Source of the DNA: Alphaproteobacteria bacterium
GTDB lineage: Bacteria; Pseudomonadota; Alphaproteobacteria; Rs-D84
Assembly (NCBI GenBank): GCA_009784235.1
Contig: WRCC01000002.1
Location: 89,687 to 153,686 of the forward strand
Direction of reading: 5' to 3'
DNA: 64,000 nucleotides
Positions within the stretch are counted from its first letter, which is position 1. Each line of letters starts with the position of its first letter. Made by a program: the position numbers and the translations under genes. This document shows positions 55,423 to 64,000 of this stretch, in pieces. The notes under the pieces were generated by a model. The model was not told where the DNA came from, searched no databases, and worked only from the letters and a program-made list of their open reading frames with translations.

Positions 55423-57729
55423 TTATGACGTTGGTGTCGTGTGGCATGTTCCGTTGTCTGTACGCGCGGTATGTCCGGGCATACATCTGATACCAATCAT
55501 TGGACATCCGATGTTGCCGACTGGCGGGGTCCCGTCAACCACAGCGCCGGGCATCGGTGATGTGCATGTTGGGTCCAGATTGGCATTCGGCGGCGGCAGA
55601 ACACAACGGCCGTTCAAGAATCCATATCCAATATTGCACAGACATTTTTCATTCACAAAAACGCGATTCAATAATGCGGCGGCCAGCGGCGGTGTGGTCA
55701 CGTTTGGATTGGTTAATATTGAACCAGCCGATGGTACGGGCGTCCAATTGGCCGTATTAATATATTCCGAATTCGGGTCGGTGCACAGCATGGATTGATA
55801 GAACAAGCTGGATATGTTTTCGATACATGTTTCTTGCTGGGCCGTTGATGATGATATTACGTTGTTTGTGGTCGTGGTTGGGCAAGATGCGTTATCCGCA
55901 GAAAACACGGCATAAGCACACGTCAATGCCACATTACGGCACGCGCCGCGCATAACGTTATGTATGCTGGTGACAGACGCCGCGGATGACCATGCGTTGA
56001 CCTGGCTGACCTGTTGGCTGTAACAATGCGCGATGTCTTGCATACAAGTCGTTGCGAACCTGGAAATTGCGCGTTCTTGGCCGGCCTTTATATTAACCAT
56101 CGCGCGTTGAATATAATTAACAACGATATCGTTATGCGGATTGTATTTACCGCCAGCAGAGTATGAAAATTGGCGGCATTTATCCAATACCACGCGGCAC
56201 ATGCCGGATGTTGGTGATTCGCCCATGCCGATTTTGCTTTGCAAGAATCGCACGATTTCAAATCCATTGGTTGCCGTGGATAATGATATCCCAGTTGGGC
56301 AAGTGCCAGCCGCATTATTACCGGCAATTATTTCGCCGACCTTGCTGTTATCAAAGCACATCATTGTGCGGCGGATGTTATTTATATTTTGGCCCAATAC
56401 AATTTCGCCATTTTCGTCGATAAAGCGCTTCGATGGGTCCAGGCATTTGATATAATCATTTCCGCAAACCATATCGTCGGACATACATTGTTCCAGCGCG
56501 CCCAGGCAACCCTTGGCATCAAATTGATTCTGATTTTGCAGAACGGCCAGACGGGCTTTCTGTAACATTTGCGTCGCTGCGCGAACGTTGTTGCGCAGCG
56601 TGTCGTTCATACGTCCCAATCCTTGTTCAAACGCGATACAATCTTTATCAATTTCCATGTCATATCGTGCGGTGATTGCTTGGGCATTGACGCCTTGGGC
56701 GGTACAGGTATTCAGAACGTTACGGCAACGTGCTTTGGCCGCATTATGTAATTGTGTTCCACGCATATTGGAAAAAGAACCGCCGCCGCCAAACATTTCC
56801 AGCGAAAACATTTCTTCCAGACTGTCCGTATTTGTGAAATCCAAATCCAGATCCATCAGCGCGTTACCGGTGTTGGCTTCGTTCACAAATGTTTCCGGGC
56901 TGCGAATTAATTTTTCAATGGATTCCAGCATCTGGCGATTTTCGGTCGTATCCGTTTGGCCGGCCAGTGCCAATTCGGCTTCGGTTGCCGTCATAATCGC
57001 GCGGATTTCATCGGCGGACAATCCGACATAGCGAATGCGTTGGGCAACATCATTTAATTGGTTATTCGCATCGCGCACGGCACGTTCCGAACGTGTGTAA
57101 GTGTTAAGGCGCGCCGAACATGAACAGCGTTTCTGGTTCGCATCAATAACATTGCAGAATTGGTCCATGCAATCCATGTATTGCTGGCGGCATGCCTCGG
57201 TCAGGGCGTTCAGCGCGCCCAGTCGTTCGGTTGTTTCCGCAACAGATGCAGATGTTGGGCGTGCAGCGGCGCTGCGCGCGACGCGTTCGGTATTATTTAT
57301 ATTTGAACCGGTCATTGCACCGGCGGTGCCAGGAATGGTTGCGCGGCCGCCAACTTCGGCAACAGATGGGCGAAGCGTGACACCAGCGCGGCGCACGGCG
57401 GCGGATTCATTCGCGATACCTTTTTCATTTTCATTGAATGCCGCTCGCATCTCTTCGCGTTCCATTGCAGTTTGTTGCGCGCCAACGGTTGCGCGCGATA
57501 CGCCCGCACGTGCAGGCATGGGTTCAGATGCACCGCGTACAATTGATGAAGATGCCGCGCCGCGTTGGATAATTGCGGGCTGGACCGCGGCCGCTGTTTG
57601 TGCCGCCGCAACAGATGCAACCGCTGCGCGTCCGGGAACAACAGGCGCGGCTTCATCGGCGTGCAAAACCGGGGCTGATACAATCAACCCCAGTATTGTT
57701 GTTCCAATGATACGGTTCAGTGTTTTCAT
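55423..57729 (-). CDS. Cysteine-rich secreted repeat protein A (768 aa), paralogue of the upstream gene
   Basis: Signal peptide MKTLNRIIGTTILGLIVSAPVLHA. Ala-rich linker. Recurrent CRNVLNTC / CRVVLDKC / CRNVALTC motifs. Shared YMDCMDQFC...RCSC block with protein B. C-terminal EGF-like CLCNIGYGFLNGRC. Confidence 0.6.
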   Translation of the reverse strand: MKTLNRIIGTTILGLIVSAPVLHADEAAPVVPGRAAVASVAAAQTAAAVQPAIIQRGAASSSIVRGASEPMPARAGVSRATVGAQQTAMEREEMRAAFNENEKGIANESAAVRRAGVTLRPSVAEVGGRATIPGTAGAMTGSNINNTERVARSAAARPTSASVAETTERLGALNALTEACRQQYMDCMDQFCNVIDANQKRCSCSARLNTYTRSERAVRDANNQLNDVAQRIRYVGLSADEIRAIMTATEAELALAGQTDTTENRQMLESIEKLIRSPETFVNEANTGNALMDLDLDFTNTDSLEEMFSLEMFGGGGSFSNMRGTQLHNAAKARCRNVLNTCTAQGVNAQAITARYDMEIDKDCIAFEQGLGRMNDTLRNNVRAATQMLQKARLAVLQNQNQFDAKGCLGALEQCMSDDMVCGNDYIKCLDPSKRFIDENGEIVLGQNINNIRRTMMCFDNSKVGEIIAGNNAAGTCPTGISLSTATNGFEIVRFLQSKIGMGESPTSGMCRVVLDKCRQFSYSAGGKYNPHNDIVVNYIQRAMVNIKAGQERAISRFATTCMQDIAHCYSQQVSQVNAWSSAASVTSIHNVMRGACRNVALTCAYAVFSADNASCPTTTTNNVISSSTAQQETCIENISSLFYQSMLCTDPNSEYINTANWTPVPSAGSILTNPNVTTPPLAAALLNRVFVNEKCLCNIGYGFLNGRCVLPPPNANLDPTCTSPMPGAVVDGTPPVGNIGCPMIGIRCMPGHTARTDNGTCHTTPTS

Positions 57730-59768
57730 TACGGATTAATTACGCCCCAATCAGTGCCGAATGTGCGAATACTGTGGTCTGTGCCGATTGCTTGGCTGAT
57801 ACAGAATTCGCGCAGTTTCGCAGAATCCATATTCGCTCCGTACGACGGTGCAAAGCCTGCGATATTGCCCGCGCCCGTAACACCGGACAATATTTCTTGC
57901 AGTGTCACAACGTTGCGGCAAGTGTTCGTATTCCGTTCTTGGATGTTGTTACAGCTGGTGCTGTCTTGCACATCGATAACTTTGCGGAACTGTGCGGCTG
58001 ACGGGTTACATATCATCGGTTGATAACATGCCGGCGCGTTCATCATCTGGACGCAATATGTACGGATACGTGACGGTGTCCACGGTGTTGTCGTGTTACG
58101 CGTTGCTTCGAATTGTGTGCCGTAACATTCGTATATCTGGCTGATACATTCGCTGAAATTCGACATGGCAGAATTTGCTTCGGACAATATTGCGGCTTCG
58201 TCCGCTTGGGCGAATTCCAGACGCTTTGATTGCAGCAATTGTGTCGCAGCGATTTTCTGGTATTGGACGTTTTGTACCTGGCGGCGTAATTCTTCACCAT
58301 ATACGTCACAGTCCGCATTCGCATCCAGCGCATATTTTTGCAATATCGAACGACGTGCATCTGCAATCGGTCGGCGCAGCGCAGCATACGGGTCACCCGA
58401 AGTACCAGTATATCCATAGCATGCCGCAGATGTGCCCGCAGTACCCGTTCCGCCCGGCGTGACAAAATCAATGTCGTTATTATTCACTTGGATAATTGTA
58501 TTATAATTAAATGGACATTGGTTTTGGCCGGCGGGGCATCTTGTGCCTGCGCCGCCTGGGTTACCGCATGTTTCATAAATTCCGTTGAAACACGCATCCA
58601 GAACGCGGTTACAGACATTGTTATGCGCATATTGGAACAAGCTGTAACCCCAAGTATTTGCAAGAACATCGGTTGTAACTTGGCTGCCGAATATATTTCC
58701 GGTTCCGCCGCTGATTTGATTCAGTATGTCGGTTACGCTGGCCATGCTGCCCAACAAGGCATTGTCATTATTCAGCGTAATTGTATCAATGTTTTGAATC
58801 TGATTGGCGTATTGGGCCAATGCGGTCTGGATGCTGGATTCAGAACCGGAAAGTCCGCGCCACCAATTTGCACCAAGGCCGAAATTGGCTTCGGAACAAT
58901 ACTGTGGCGGTACGGTCAAGCTGCATTGCGTGGTGCCGCCGAAATACATGTGGTTTTCGCACCATGCGGTCATCTCGGCCGCGTTTCCGCGACGTTGGAC
59001 ATCATTCCAAGATGCACAGTTCATAACTTTTTCCGCATCGGTTAATGTGAACGCCGCGGTAATCTGGCGGCCGCCCGATGCGATAAACAGCGTTAATTCG
59101 CCAGAAACGCGCAACAAATCTTCGCGTGCAGATTGCAGTTGTGCTTCGACCTCGTTGAATGCGCGAACACGGCCGGCACATGCACAGCGGCGTTGACCTG
59201 GGTTACGTGCAGTACAAATTTCATCCATACATGCATAATATGAATTCAAACAATTTGCATAAGCATCTGCGGAAATAAGGCCAGTTGTTGGGTCGATAAC
59301 ATTCGTGACCGTGCCGGTATAAAGGCGATTGAACAAGTTGCCCGTGGCCGATGATTGACCGCGAATTGGCGTGCCGGACAGACTGATACGGCTTTGCATA
59401 TTTGGGGTTGTCGCAGTGCGTGCAACAACAGTACGTGCTTGATTGCCGCCGCGCGGTTGAACGGCGCGATTATTGTCAGCGCCGGCACGTGTTGTGACTG
59501 CACGACTGGGCGATTGGCCGGTTTGCTGCGTTGTGACTGGTACGGCGGCGCCTGCGCGTTGACCGGTTGCCTGTTGAACAGGAGCGGTCGGACCGGTGCG
59601 TCCGGTACGTGCGGCTTGCTGCGCTGGGCCGCCGCGCGGACTGGCAGTGGTGAAAACAGGTGCCGTTTGCGGAATTGGTTGGCCGTAAATCATACCGATT
59701 TCAGCCGTCGCAGCAAATGCGAACAATGAAAAACAGCCAGCGACCAGCAAATATTTTGTCATTCTCAT
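57729..59768 (-). CDS. Cysteine-rich secreted repeat protein B (679 aa)
   Basis: Signal peptide MRMTKYLLVAGCFSLFAFAATA. Gln/Thr/Arg-rich low-complexity linker. YYACMDEICTARNPGQRRCAC block. CNRVLDAC and CRNVVTL motifs. TAATG coupling to gene A. Confidence 0.6.
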   Translation of the reverse strand: MRMTKYLLVAGCFSLFAFAATAEIGMIYGQPIPQTAPVFTTASPRGGPAQQAARTGRTGPTAPVQQATGQRAGAAVPVTTQQTGQSPSRAVTTRAGADNNRAVQPRGGNQARTVVARTATTPNMQSRISLSGTPIRGQSSATGNLFNRLYTGTVTNVIDPTTGLISADAYANCLNSYYACMDEICTARNPGQRRCACAGRVRAFNEVEAQLQSAREDLLRVSGELTLFIASGGRQITAAFTLTDAEKVMNCASWNDVQRRGNAAEMTAWCENHMYFGGTTQCSLTVPPQYCSEANFGLGANWWRGLSGSESSIQTALAQYANQIQNIDTITLNNDNALLGSMASVTDILNQISGGTGNIFGSQVTTDVLANTWGYSLFQYAHNNVCNRVLDACFNGIYETCGNPGGAGTRCPAGQNQCPFNYNTIIQVNNNDIDFVTPGGTGTAGTSAACYGYTGTSGDPYAALRRPIADARRSILQKYALDANADCDVYGEELRRQVQNVQYQKIAATQLLQSKRLEFAQADEAAILSEANSAMSNFSECISQIYECYGTQFEATRNTTTPWTPSRIRTYCVQMMNAPACYQPMICNPSAAQFRKVIDVQDSTSCNNIQERNTNTCRNVVTLQEILSGVTGAGNIAGFAPSYGANMDSAKLREFCISQAIGTDHSIRTFGTDWGVINP

Positions 59769-59822
59769 GAAAAATCCCTTTCCTTTGATTAATTAATTAT
59801 ATCATGAAAGGGGTATAAATCC

Positions 59823-59857
59823 AAATCAGAAATCACAAACCCAAAATCATAAATCTA
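59823..59857. repeat. Heptamer array H1 at the rluD 3' end
   Basis: aaatcag aaatcac aaaccca aaatcat aaatcta. Contains the rluD TGA stop. Confidence 0.7.
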
Positions 59858-60842
59858 GGATTTCTTTCAGTTCCAGCATATCGTCGGGCAGCTTTGATTT
59901 AAATTTCATTTTTTCACCGGTAATCGGGTGCGATAATTCCAGTAATTCTGCATGCAGCATCTGCATATTATGCGTTTTTATGAATTCCAATAATTCTGGG
60001 TTTTTGACACTGCCGAACCTGGTGCTGCCGCGGCCGTATGTCGGGTCGCACAATACCGGAAATCCGTGCGCGGACAAATGCACGCGAATCTGATGCGTAC
60101 GCCCTGTGCCCAGCGTGCACCGGAATTCAGAAACACCGTTTCGCGACCAAGCATTTAAAACAACGACCGATGTGTGTGCTTCCTTGCCGCCGACCTTGAC
60201 CATTGTCATTTTTTGGCGGTTGTGTGTGCTGCGCCCGATATTGCCTGAAATATCCGCGGATTCCCAATTCGGAACGCCCCAAACAAATGCAACATATTTC
60301 CGCACCAAATCATGCGCGGCGAATGTTTTTACCAATTCGCGATACGCCGCGTCGGTTTTTGCCAAGATGACAACGCCGGATGTACCCTTGTCCAACCTGT
60401 GCACAACGCCTGGACGTGTATCGCCGCCAATATCGGCCAATGTGGTATGCGTTAAAACAGCGTGAACCAAAGTATCTGTTTCATTGCCTGCACCTGGATA
60501 CATTGCAATCCCGCGTGGTTTGTTCACGACGATGATGTCATTGTCTTCGAATAAAATTTCCAGGTCGGTATTCGGTAGACAGTAGTCAGTAGACAGTAGA
60601 GATTTATCTTGTTTTACAGGAATCGCAACCGAAAATTCATCACCGGGTTTTATTTTTTCCGACAATTTTACTGTTAACTGTCTACTGTCTACTGTCGGCT
60701 TTTTTATTTCAAATTTCTGAATTTCTGTGCGGGAAAAATCCGGCATTTGTACGGCAAGAAATTTATCCAGTCGCATTCCGGTATCATCTTCGGTAACGAT
60801 AAAATTTCTTATTTCGGCGGCCATTGTGTTATCTTGTTCCAA
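59847..60842 (-). CDS. rluD: 23S rRNA pseudouridine synthase RluD (RluA family with S4 domain)
   Basis: S4 domain (MRLDKFLA). Catalytic HRLDKGTSGVVILAKT. Two inverted GACAGTA heptamer arrays inside the coding sequence (60575..60602, 60668..60695). Confidence 0.8.
   Translation of the reverse strand: MEQDNTMAAEIRNFIVTEDDTGMRLDKFLAVQMPDFSRTEIQKFEIKKPTVDSRQLTVKLSEKIKPGDEFSVAIPVKQDKSLLSTDYCLPNTDLEILFEDNDIIVVNKPRGIAMYPGAGNETDTLVHAVLTHTTLADIGGDTRPGVVHRLDKGTSGVVILAKTDAAYRELVKTFAAHDLVRKYVAFVWGVPNWESADISGNIGRSTHNRQKMTMVKVGGKEAHTSVVVLNAWSRNGVSEFRCTLGTGRTHQIRVHLSAHGFPVLCDPTYGRGSTRFGSVKNPELLEFIKTHNMQMLHAELLELSHPITGEKMKFKSKLPDDMLELKEILDL
60575..60695. repeat. Inverted pair of H3 heptamer arrays inside rluD
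   Basis: gtagaca gtagtca gtagaca gtagaga (60575-60602) and ttactgt taactgt ctactgt ctactgt (60668-60695), ~65 bp apart. Encode KSLLSTDYCLP and PTVDSRQLTVK. Confidence 0.8.
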
Positions 60843-61309
60843 TCATCACCATGTTCGCAATTTTCCAGACGAACAATCAATCTGCCGGACATTTGTTCAA
60901 CATCGCAAGTCATTATTCCGCGTGTACGTGCTTGGGTTGCACGACTGTCTGCTTCGCGCCATGCCAATACCAATTGTGTCGGTGGCAGCAGACATGTGAC
61001 ACTCATCCGTGCATCGCGGTTTTCGAAAAATCTTTCCGTTGGGCCGACCCAAATACGGACATTTTCGGTCTGGCCATAACATGGAAATCCGTCCAAGTAA
61101 TATATTTCTGTACCAATGCTGCTGGTGCGTCGTTCCGACCCAAACCAAATATCATATGGCGCCAGACGTAATCCGGTGACGGCTTCCCAATCTGAACTGG
61201 TCGAAAATATAGACGCAATTGGACCGCAAACGGGCGGCGGCGGTGTCGCGGCATTTGCCACAGCAAAAAGTAAAAAGTAAAAGGTAAAAAGTAAATAAGT
61301 TTTCTTCAT
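60809..61309 (-). CDS. Hypothetical secreted protein
   Basis: Signal peptide MKKTYLLFTFYFLLFAVANA. Its hydrophobic region is encoded by an AAAAAGT heptamer array (61265..61299). Confidence 0.4.
   Translation of the reverse strand: MKKTYLLFTFYFLLFAVANAATPPPPVCGPIASIFSTSSDWEAVTGLRLAPYDIWFGSERRTSSIGTEIYYLDGFPCYGQTENVRIWVGPTERFFENRDARMSVTCLLPPTQLVLAWREADSRATQARTRGIMTCDVEQMSGRLIVRLENCEHGDDWNKITQWPPK
61265..61299. repeat. Heptamer array H5 (AAAAAGT x5) encoding a signal-peptide hydrophobic region
   Basis: aaaaagt aaaaagt aaaaggt aaaaagt aaataag. Confidence 0.8.
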
Positions 61310-61328
61310 CTTAAATCCTTCACAAACA

Positions 61329-61829
61329 CTAATCTGCGAAAACCACATTTGCGCGGCGGACGCTTTGCGATTTTATTTGGACTTCTTGTTTGAAATTTGC
61401 ATGTTCACCTGCGTCCAGCAACGGTGCCGGCGGCATAATTTTAATTGTTTCAATCACATCGCCGGAATCGTTTTTTAATTCCAATGCCATATCCGGAATG
61501 CCATAAATCTTGTCCGTGATATTTCGCACCGTACCCGTAACCATAAATCCATGGGCGTTGTCCTTGGATTCGGTTGGTATTATTTGAACAGATTCGATAA
61601 TCAATGGGTCCGGTGATTTTCGTGGCCTTGGCGATTTAATTGTTATAACGATTGCGAATACCAGTGTGGCCAACAATGCACATATACTGGCAAAAATCAG
61701 CAAGAAATTATTTTTGGCGCGCACGGGCGCCCATTCGTTTCCACATGCCGCGCATGCAACGCGCGTGGGCACGCCCGTAACCGAATATTCTGTTTTACAA
61801 AAAGGACAGGATGTCTTCATAGGTCGCAC
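61329..61829 (-). CDS. MJ0042-type zinc-ribbon / DUF3426 membrane protein
   Basis: CPFCKTEY...CAACGNEW zinc ribbon. TM helix. C-terminal DUF3426-like domain ending VVFAD. Confidence 0.55.
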   Translation of the reverse strand: MRPMKTSCPFCKTEYSVTGVPTRVACAACGNEWAPVRAKNNFLLIFASICALLATLVFAIVITIKSPRPRKSPDPLIIESVQIIPTESKDNAHGFMVTGTVRNITDKIYGIPDMALELKNDSGDVIETIKIMPPAPLLDAGEHANFKQEVQIKSQSVRRANVVFAD

Positions 61830-61840
61830 TCTACTATAAA

Positions 61841-63142
61841 TTAATCTAAATTCAATAAATGATATTTTGCGGTGACGCGGGTTTTAATTTCAGCAATTGC
61901 CCGTGCATAATCTGCGACCGTGGCATTGGTGTTGTTTGCAATTTGTGACATTGTTCGTTCTGTATCTGTACGCAGTGTGCCAGATTCACGGCGCACGGCG
62001 GCACGCATCATAATACCCAGGTTCGGAATGGACATATCGGATAATTCTGCGGTTTGCGCCGCCGCGTCCCAATAAAATGAATTGTTATTCGGGTCTGAAA
62101 TTTTACCGGTAACGGACAGATATGGCGTGACAGAGCCGGTAAAACCAACGAACGCAAGGCCCGCCGAAATACGTCCGCCGGTCATATCAAGATTACGGTT
62201 TATGTTCAGTGTTGCAGGCGCGCCGTCCGACCGAACAGATGCGCCATGCACATATAAATCACCGGTCCACAGTTCATTCGCGGTGACATTGTTGAACCTG
62301 GACATACCGCTGACCGTCATTCTGTTTGTTTCCAGAACACGCGAATCCGAAGATATCGCACCGTTCACATTCGCATCGGTTATCGTGAACCGACCATCCA
62401 ATGTTGGACTGTTTTCAATTACCGCGCGACTGGCCGACAAAGAATGTGTGTTCAGGAATTCGGAAAACTTTGCAACTTCGCTGAATATACTGCGCGCGCC
62501 GGTGATGGCATGCCCGCCCAGCGATATGTCGGATAACATCGTTGCATCGGACGCGGAATCAGATGGCAGGCGCCGCAAAAATTCCGTACCAAATCCAGAC
62601 GTCCGCGTAACATCCAATATTGCGTTATCGGCAAACCGCGCGTTCCAGATTGTGGCAGATGTTTCCCATGTCCCATATATACTGTGCAATTTTCCGCCGG
62701 CCGCATATCCGCCACCGGTTATTTCTGCAATTTCGCGTGTTCGCATTGGCGTCATTTCGCCGGTTTCCATAATCACGATTCCTTGCATAAATGCGCGTCC
62801 GGCGCGGTCGGCGGTTTTAATAACACGTAACTGATATTGTTCCGGACGGTTTATGTCTGTTGGGGTCAGGCCGTATGGTTCCAGGTCAGCAATATTCACA
62901 CGAAACACGCGTCGCCCGATTGTTGTTCCGAATTCTTTTTTTCGCGCATCAATATATTTTTCAAGCGCAGTGCGAACCATCGCCATATCACGCCCAGCGC
63001 GAATATTTTCAGCGCGCGCAACGCGTGCAGATTCTTGGCGCGACAAAAATGGCAACATTGCGGCGGCCAATGCCATGGCCAGCAATAATTCAATCATCAT
63101 GCGGCCAGATTGCTGTCGAAAATTTAATTTATTCTTCTTCAT
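61841..63142 (-). CDS. Large prepilin-type (class III signal) protein, putative minor pilin or pilus-associated adhesin
   Basis: MKKNKLNFRQQSG|RMMIELLLAMALAAAML: short basic leader, Gly at -1, Glu at +5, hydrophobic helix. ~400 aa Ser/Thr/Gly-rich C-terminal domain. Confidence 0.45.
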   Translation of the reverse strand: MKKNKLNFRQQSGRMMIELLLAMALAAAMLPFLSRQESARVARAENIRAGRDMAMVRTALEKYIDARKKEFGTTIGRRVFRVNIADLEPYGLTPTDINRPEQYQLRVIKTADRAGRAFMQGIVIMETGEMTPMRTREIAEITGGGYAAGGKLHSIYGTWETSATIWNARFADNAILDVTRTSGFGTEFLRRLPSDSASDATMLSDISLGGHAITGARSIFSEVAKFSEFLNTHSLSASRAVIENSPTLDGRFTITDANVNGAISSDSRVLETNRMTVSGMSRFNNVTANELWTGDLYVHGASVRSDGAPATLNINRNLDMTGGRISAGLAFVGFTGSVTPYLSVTGKISDPNNNSFYWDAAAQTAELSDMSIPNLGIMMRAAVRRESGTLRTDTERTMSQIANNTNATVADYARAIAEIKTRVTAKYHLLNLD

Positions 63143-64000
63143 GTTCACCGTTGGATTGTGTGCCTGCGCCGCGCGTTTCTTTCCATCCTTTGTTTAAAAT
63201 TTTTGCAAATTCGGCCACTGGGACATTTGAAAATTCTGGAATATTTTGGGCGGCGCCCGCACTGCGCAGGACCAATGAATTAAATCGCGGCGCCGGTGAT
63301 GTTGGAAACGACCATTGGCCCAGTCTCAGCGGCACGCCGCCGAATGTTAATTCGCTGGACACTGATACGCCGAATCCATCACCGAATCTTAAATTGGTTG
63401 CAGATAAATATGGAACAGATACAGAATAAGCCGATATTTCGGCAAAACCGGACAGCGACCCGGAATATGCCGCGCGAAAATGCAAATTGCGCCCAACATG
63501 CAATGCGTCTGTGATTGTTGCGCGGTCGGCGATTATCTGACCTTGGGCGGGCCAGCTTTGCGTGCCGCCAGTGCCGCGGAATTCATTCGCAGAAATACTG
63601 CGAAATCCGGTTATATCGCCGGATACGCGCAGATTTTGAATTGTTGCGTCTGTTGGATTCATTACGGTGCCGCTTTGAAAAATTGCATCGTCAAATGTGG
63701 CAGATTCCGAATTTACAAACCAAGCGGATACGTGTTTTGAATCCAGCATTCCGGCGCGTGCATCATCAACATTGCGCAATGAACGGCGGCCCATTAACAA
63801 ATCGCGTTCCATCGTGTTTAAAATTGTATCTTCGCCGGTGCGAATGCGGTGCAAGAAAACCGTCGAATCATCCGGTGATAAGTGCACAGATACGCGAAAT
63901 ACCAAATCGTTTTCGTGGAATGTCTCGGATTCAATTGACCAGCCGCCGCCAGCGGAAAACGCCAGGCCATTGCTGTCCGCGATTGCGGCATCAACGCCCA
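63129..64000 (-). CDS. Ser/Thr/Gly-rich protein, C-terminal part; frame open to the window end
   Basis: Hand translation shows no stop upstream to position 64000. Composition resembles the C-terminal domain of the prepilin-type protein. 20 bp overlap with the downstream gene. Confidence 0.4.
   Translation of the reverse strand, partial: GVDAAIADSNGLAFSAGGGWSIESETFHENDLVFRVSVHLSPDDSTVFLHRIRTGEDTILNTMERDLLMGRRSLRNVDDARAGMLDSKHVSAWFVNSESATFDDAIFQSGTVMNPTDATIQNLRVSGDITGFRSISANEFRGTGGTQSWPAQGQIIADRATITDALHVGRNLHFRAAYSGSLSGFAEISAYSVSVPYLSATNLRFGDGFGVSVSSELTFGGVPLRLGQWSFPTSPAPRFNSLVLRSAGAAQNIPEFSNVPVAEFAKILNKGWKETRGAGTQSNGEHEEE

Overview
This 64 kb window appears to be a chromosomal segment from an alphaproteobacterium, possibly a Rickettsiales- or Holosporales-like symbiont. 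That placement is inference from gene content and order: rsmG-parA-parB, a type-2 IleS, a short archaeal-type ValS, and lptF-lptD-surA-rlmN. Most of it is housekeeping.

**Core genes identified**
- Replication, repair and partitioning: rsmG, parA, parB, recF, uvrD, dnaQ, nth, gyrA, a family-4 UDG.
- Translation and RNA: infC, metG, ileS, valS, rplU, rpmA, rpmE, rnpA, pnp, mnmG, rlmN, rluD, queH.
- Lipid and envelope: fabD, fabG, accB, accC, pal, lptF/G, lptD, a SurA-like protein, mrcA, PagL-like, MliC-like.
- Efflux: tolC-like, macA-like, and a separate ABC permease and ATPase at different loci.
- Four tRNAs: Val-GAC, Cys-GCA, Val-UAC, Gln-UUG.
- rpmH (L34, 50 aa), which the ORF track missed.

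**Features that stand out**
1. At least four families of GC-rich palindromic elements resemble Rickettsia palindromic elements. They are inserted in-frame into conserved genes: three insertions in mnmG, one in metG and one in nth. The same elements also occur in intergenic regions.
2. Five families of perfect heptanucleotide tandem arrays occur: AAATCAK, TTCGAAA, GACAGTA, AAGTTTG and AAAAAGT. Some sit inside coding sequences (UDG, mrcA, ileS, rluD, suhB and two signal peptides). Others sit at same-strand gene junctions and contain the stop or start codons.
3. Two tandem, translationally coupled genes (768 and 679 aa) encode paralogous cysteine-rich secreted proteins. They share recurring C-x-x-V-L-D-x-C motifs and one carries an EGF-like module. 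This is the best candidate for an undescribed system.
4. A cluster of a prepilin-type large protein, a Ser/Thr/Gly-rich partner protein and an MJ0042 zinc-ribbon/DUF3426 protein lies at the window edge.
5. The SuhB/IMPase homologue has lost three metal-binding acidic residues and carries a heptamer-array insertion.
6. Two tRNA-linked islets are present: an AT-rich single-gene islet at tRNA-Val(UAC), and a duplicated tRNA-Gln 3' end next to an AT-rich guanylate-kinase-like gene.
7. There are MITE-like elements with terminal inverted repeats, a dispersed ~80 bp repeat, and many bidirectional AAAAACCGCC...GGCGGTTTTT terminators.

No CRISPR array, rRNA gene or prophage was found.
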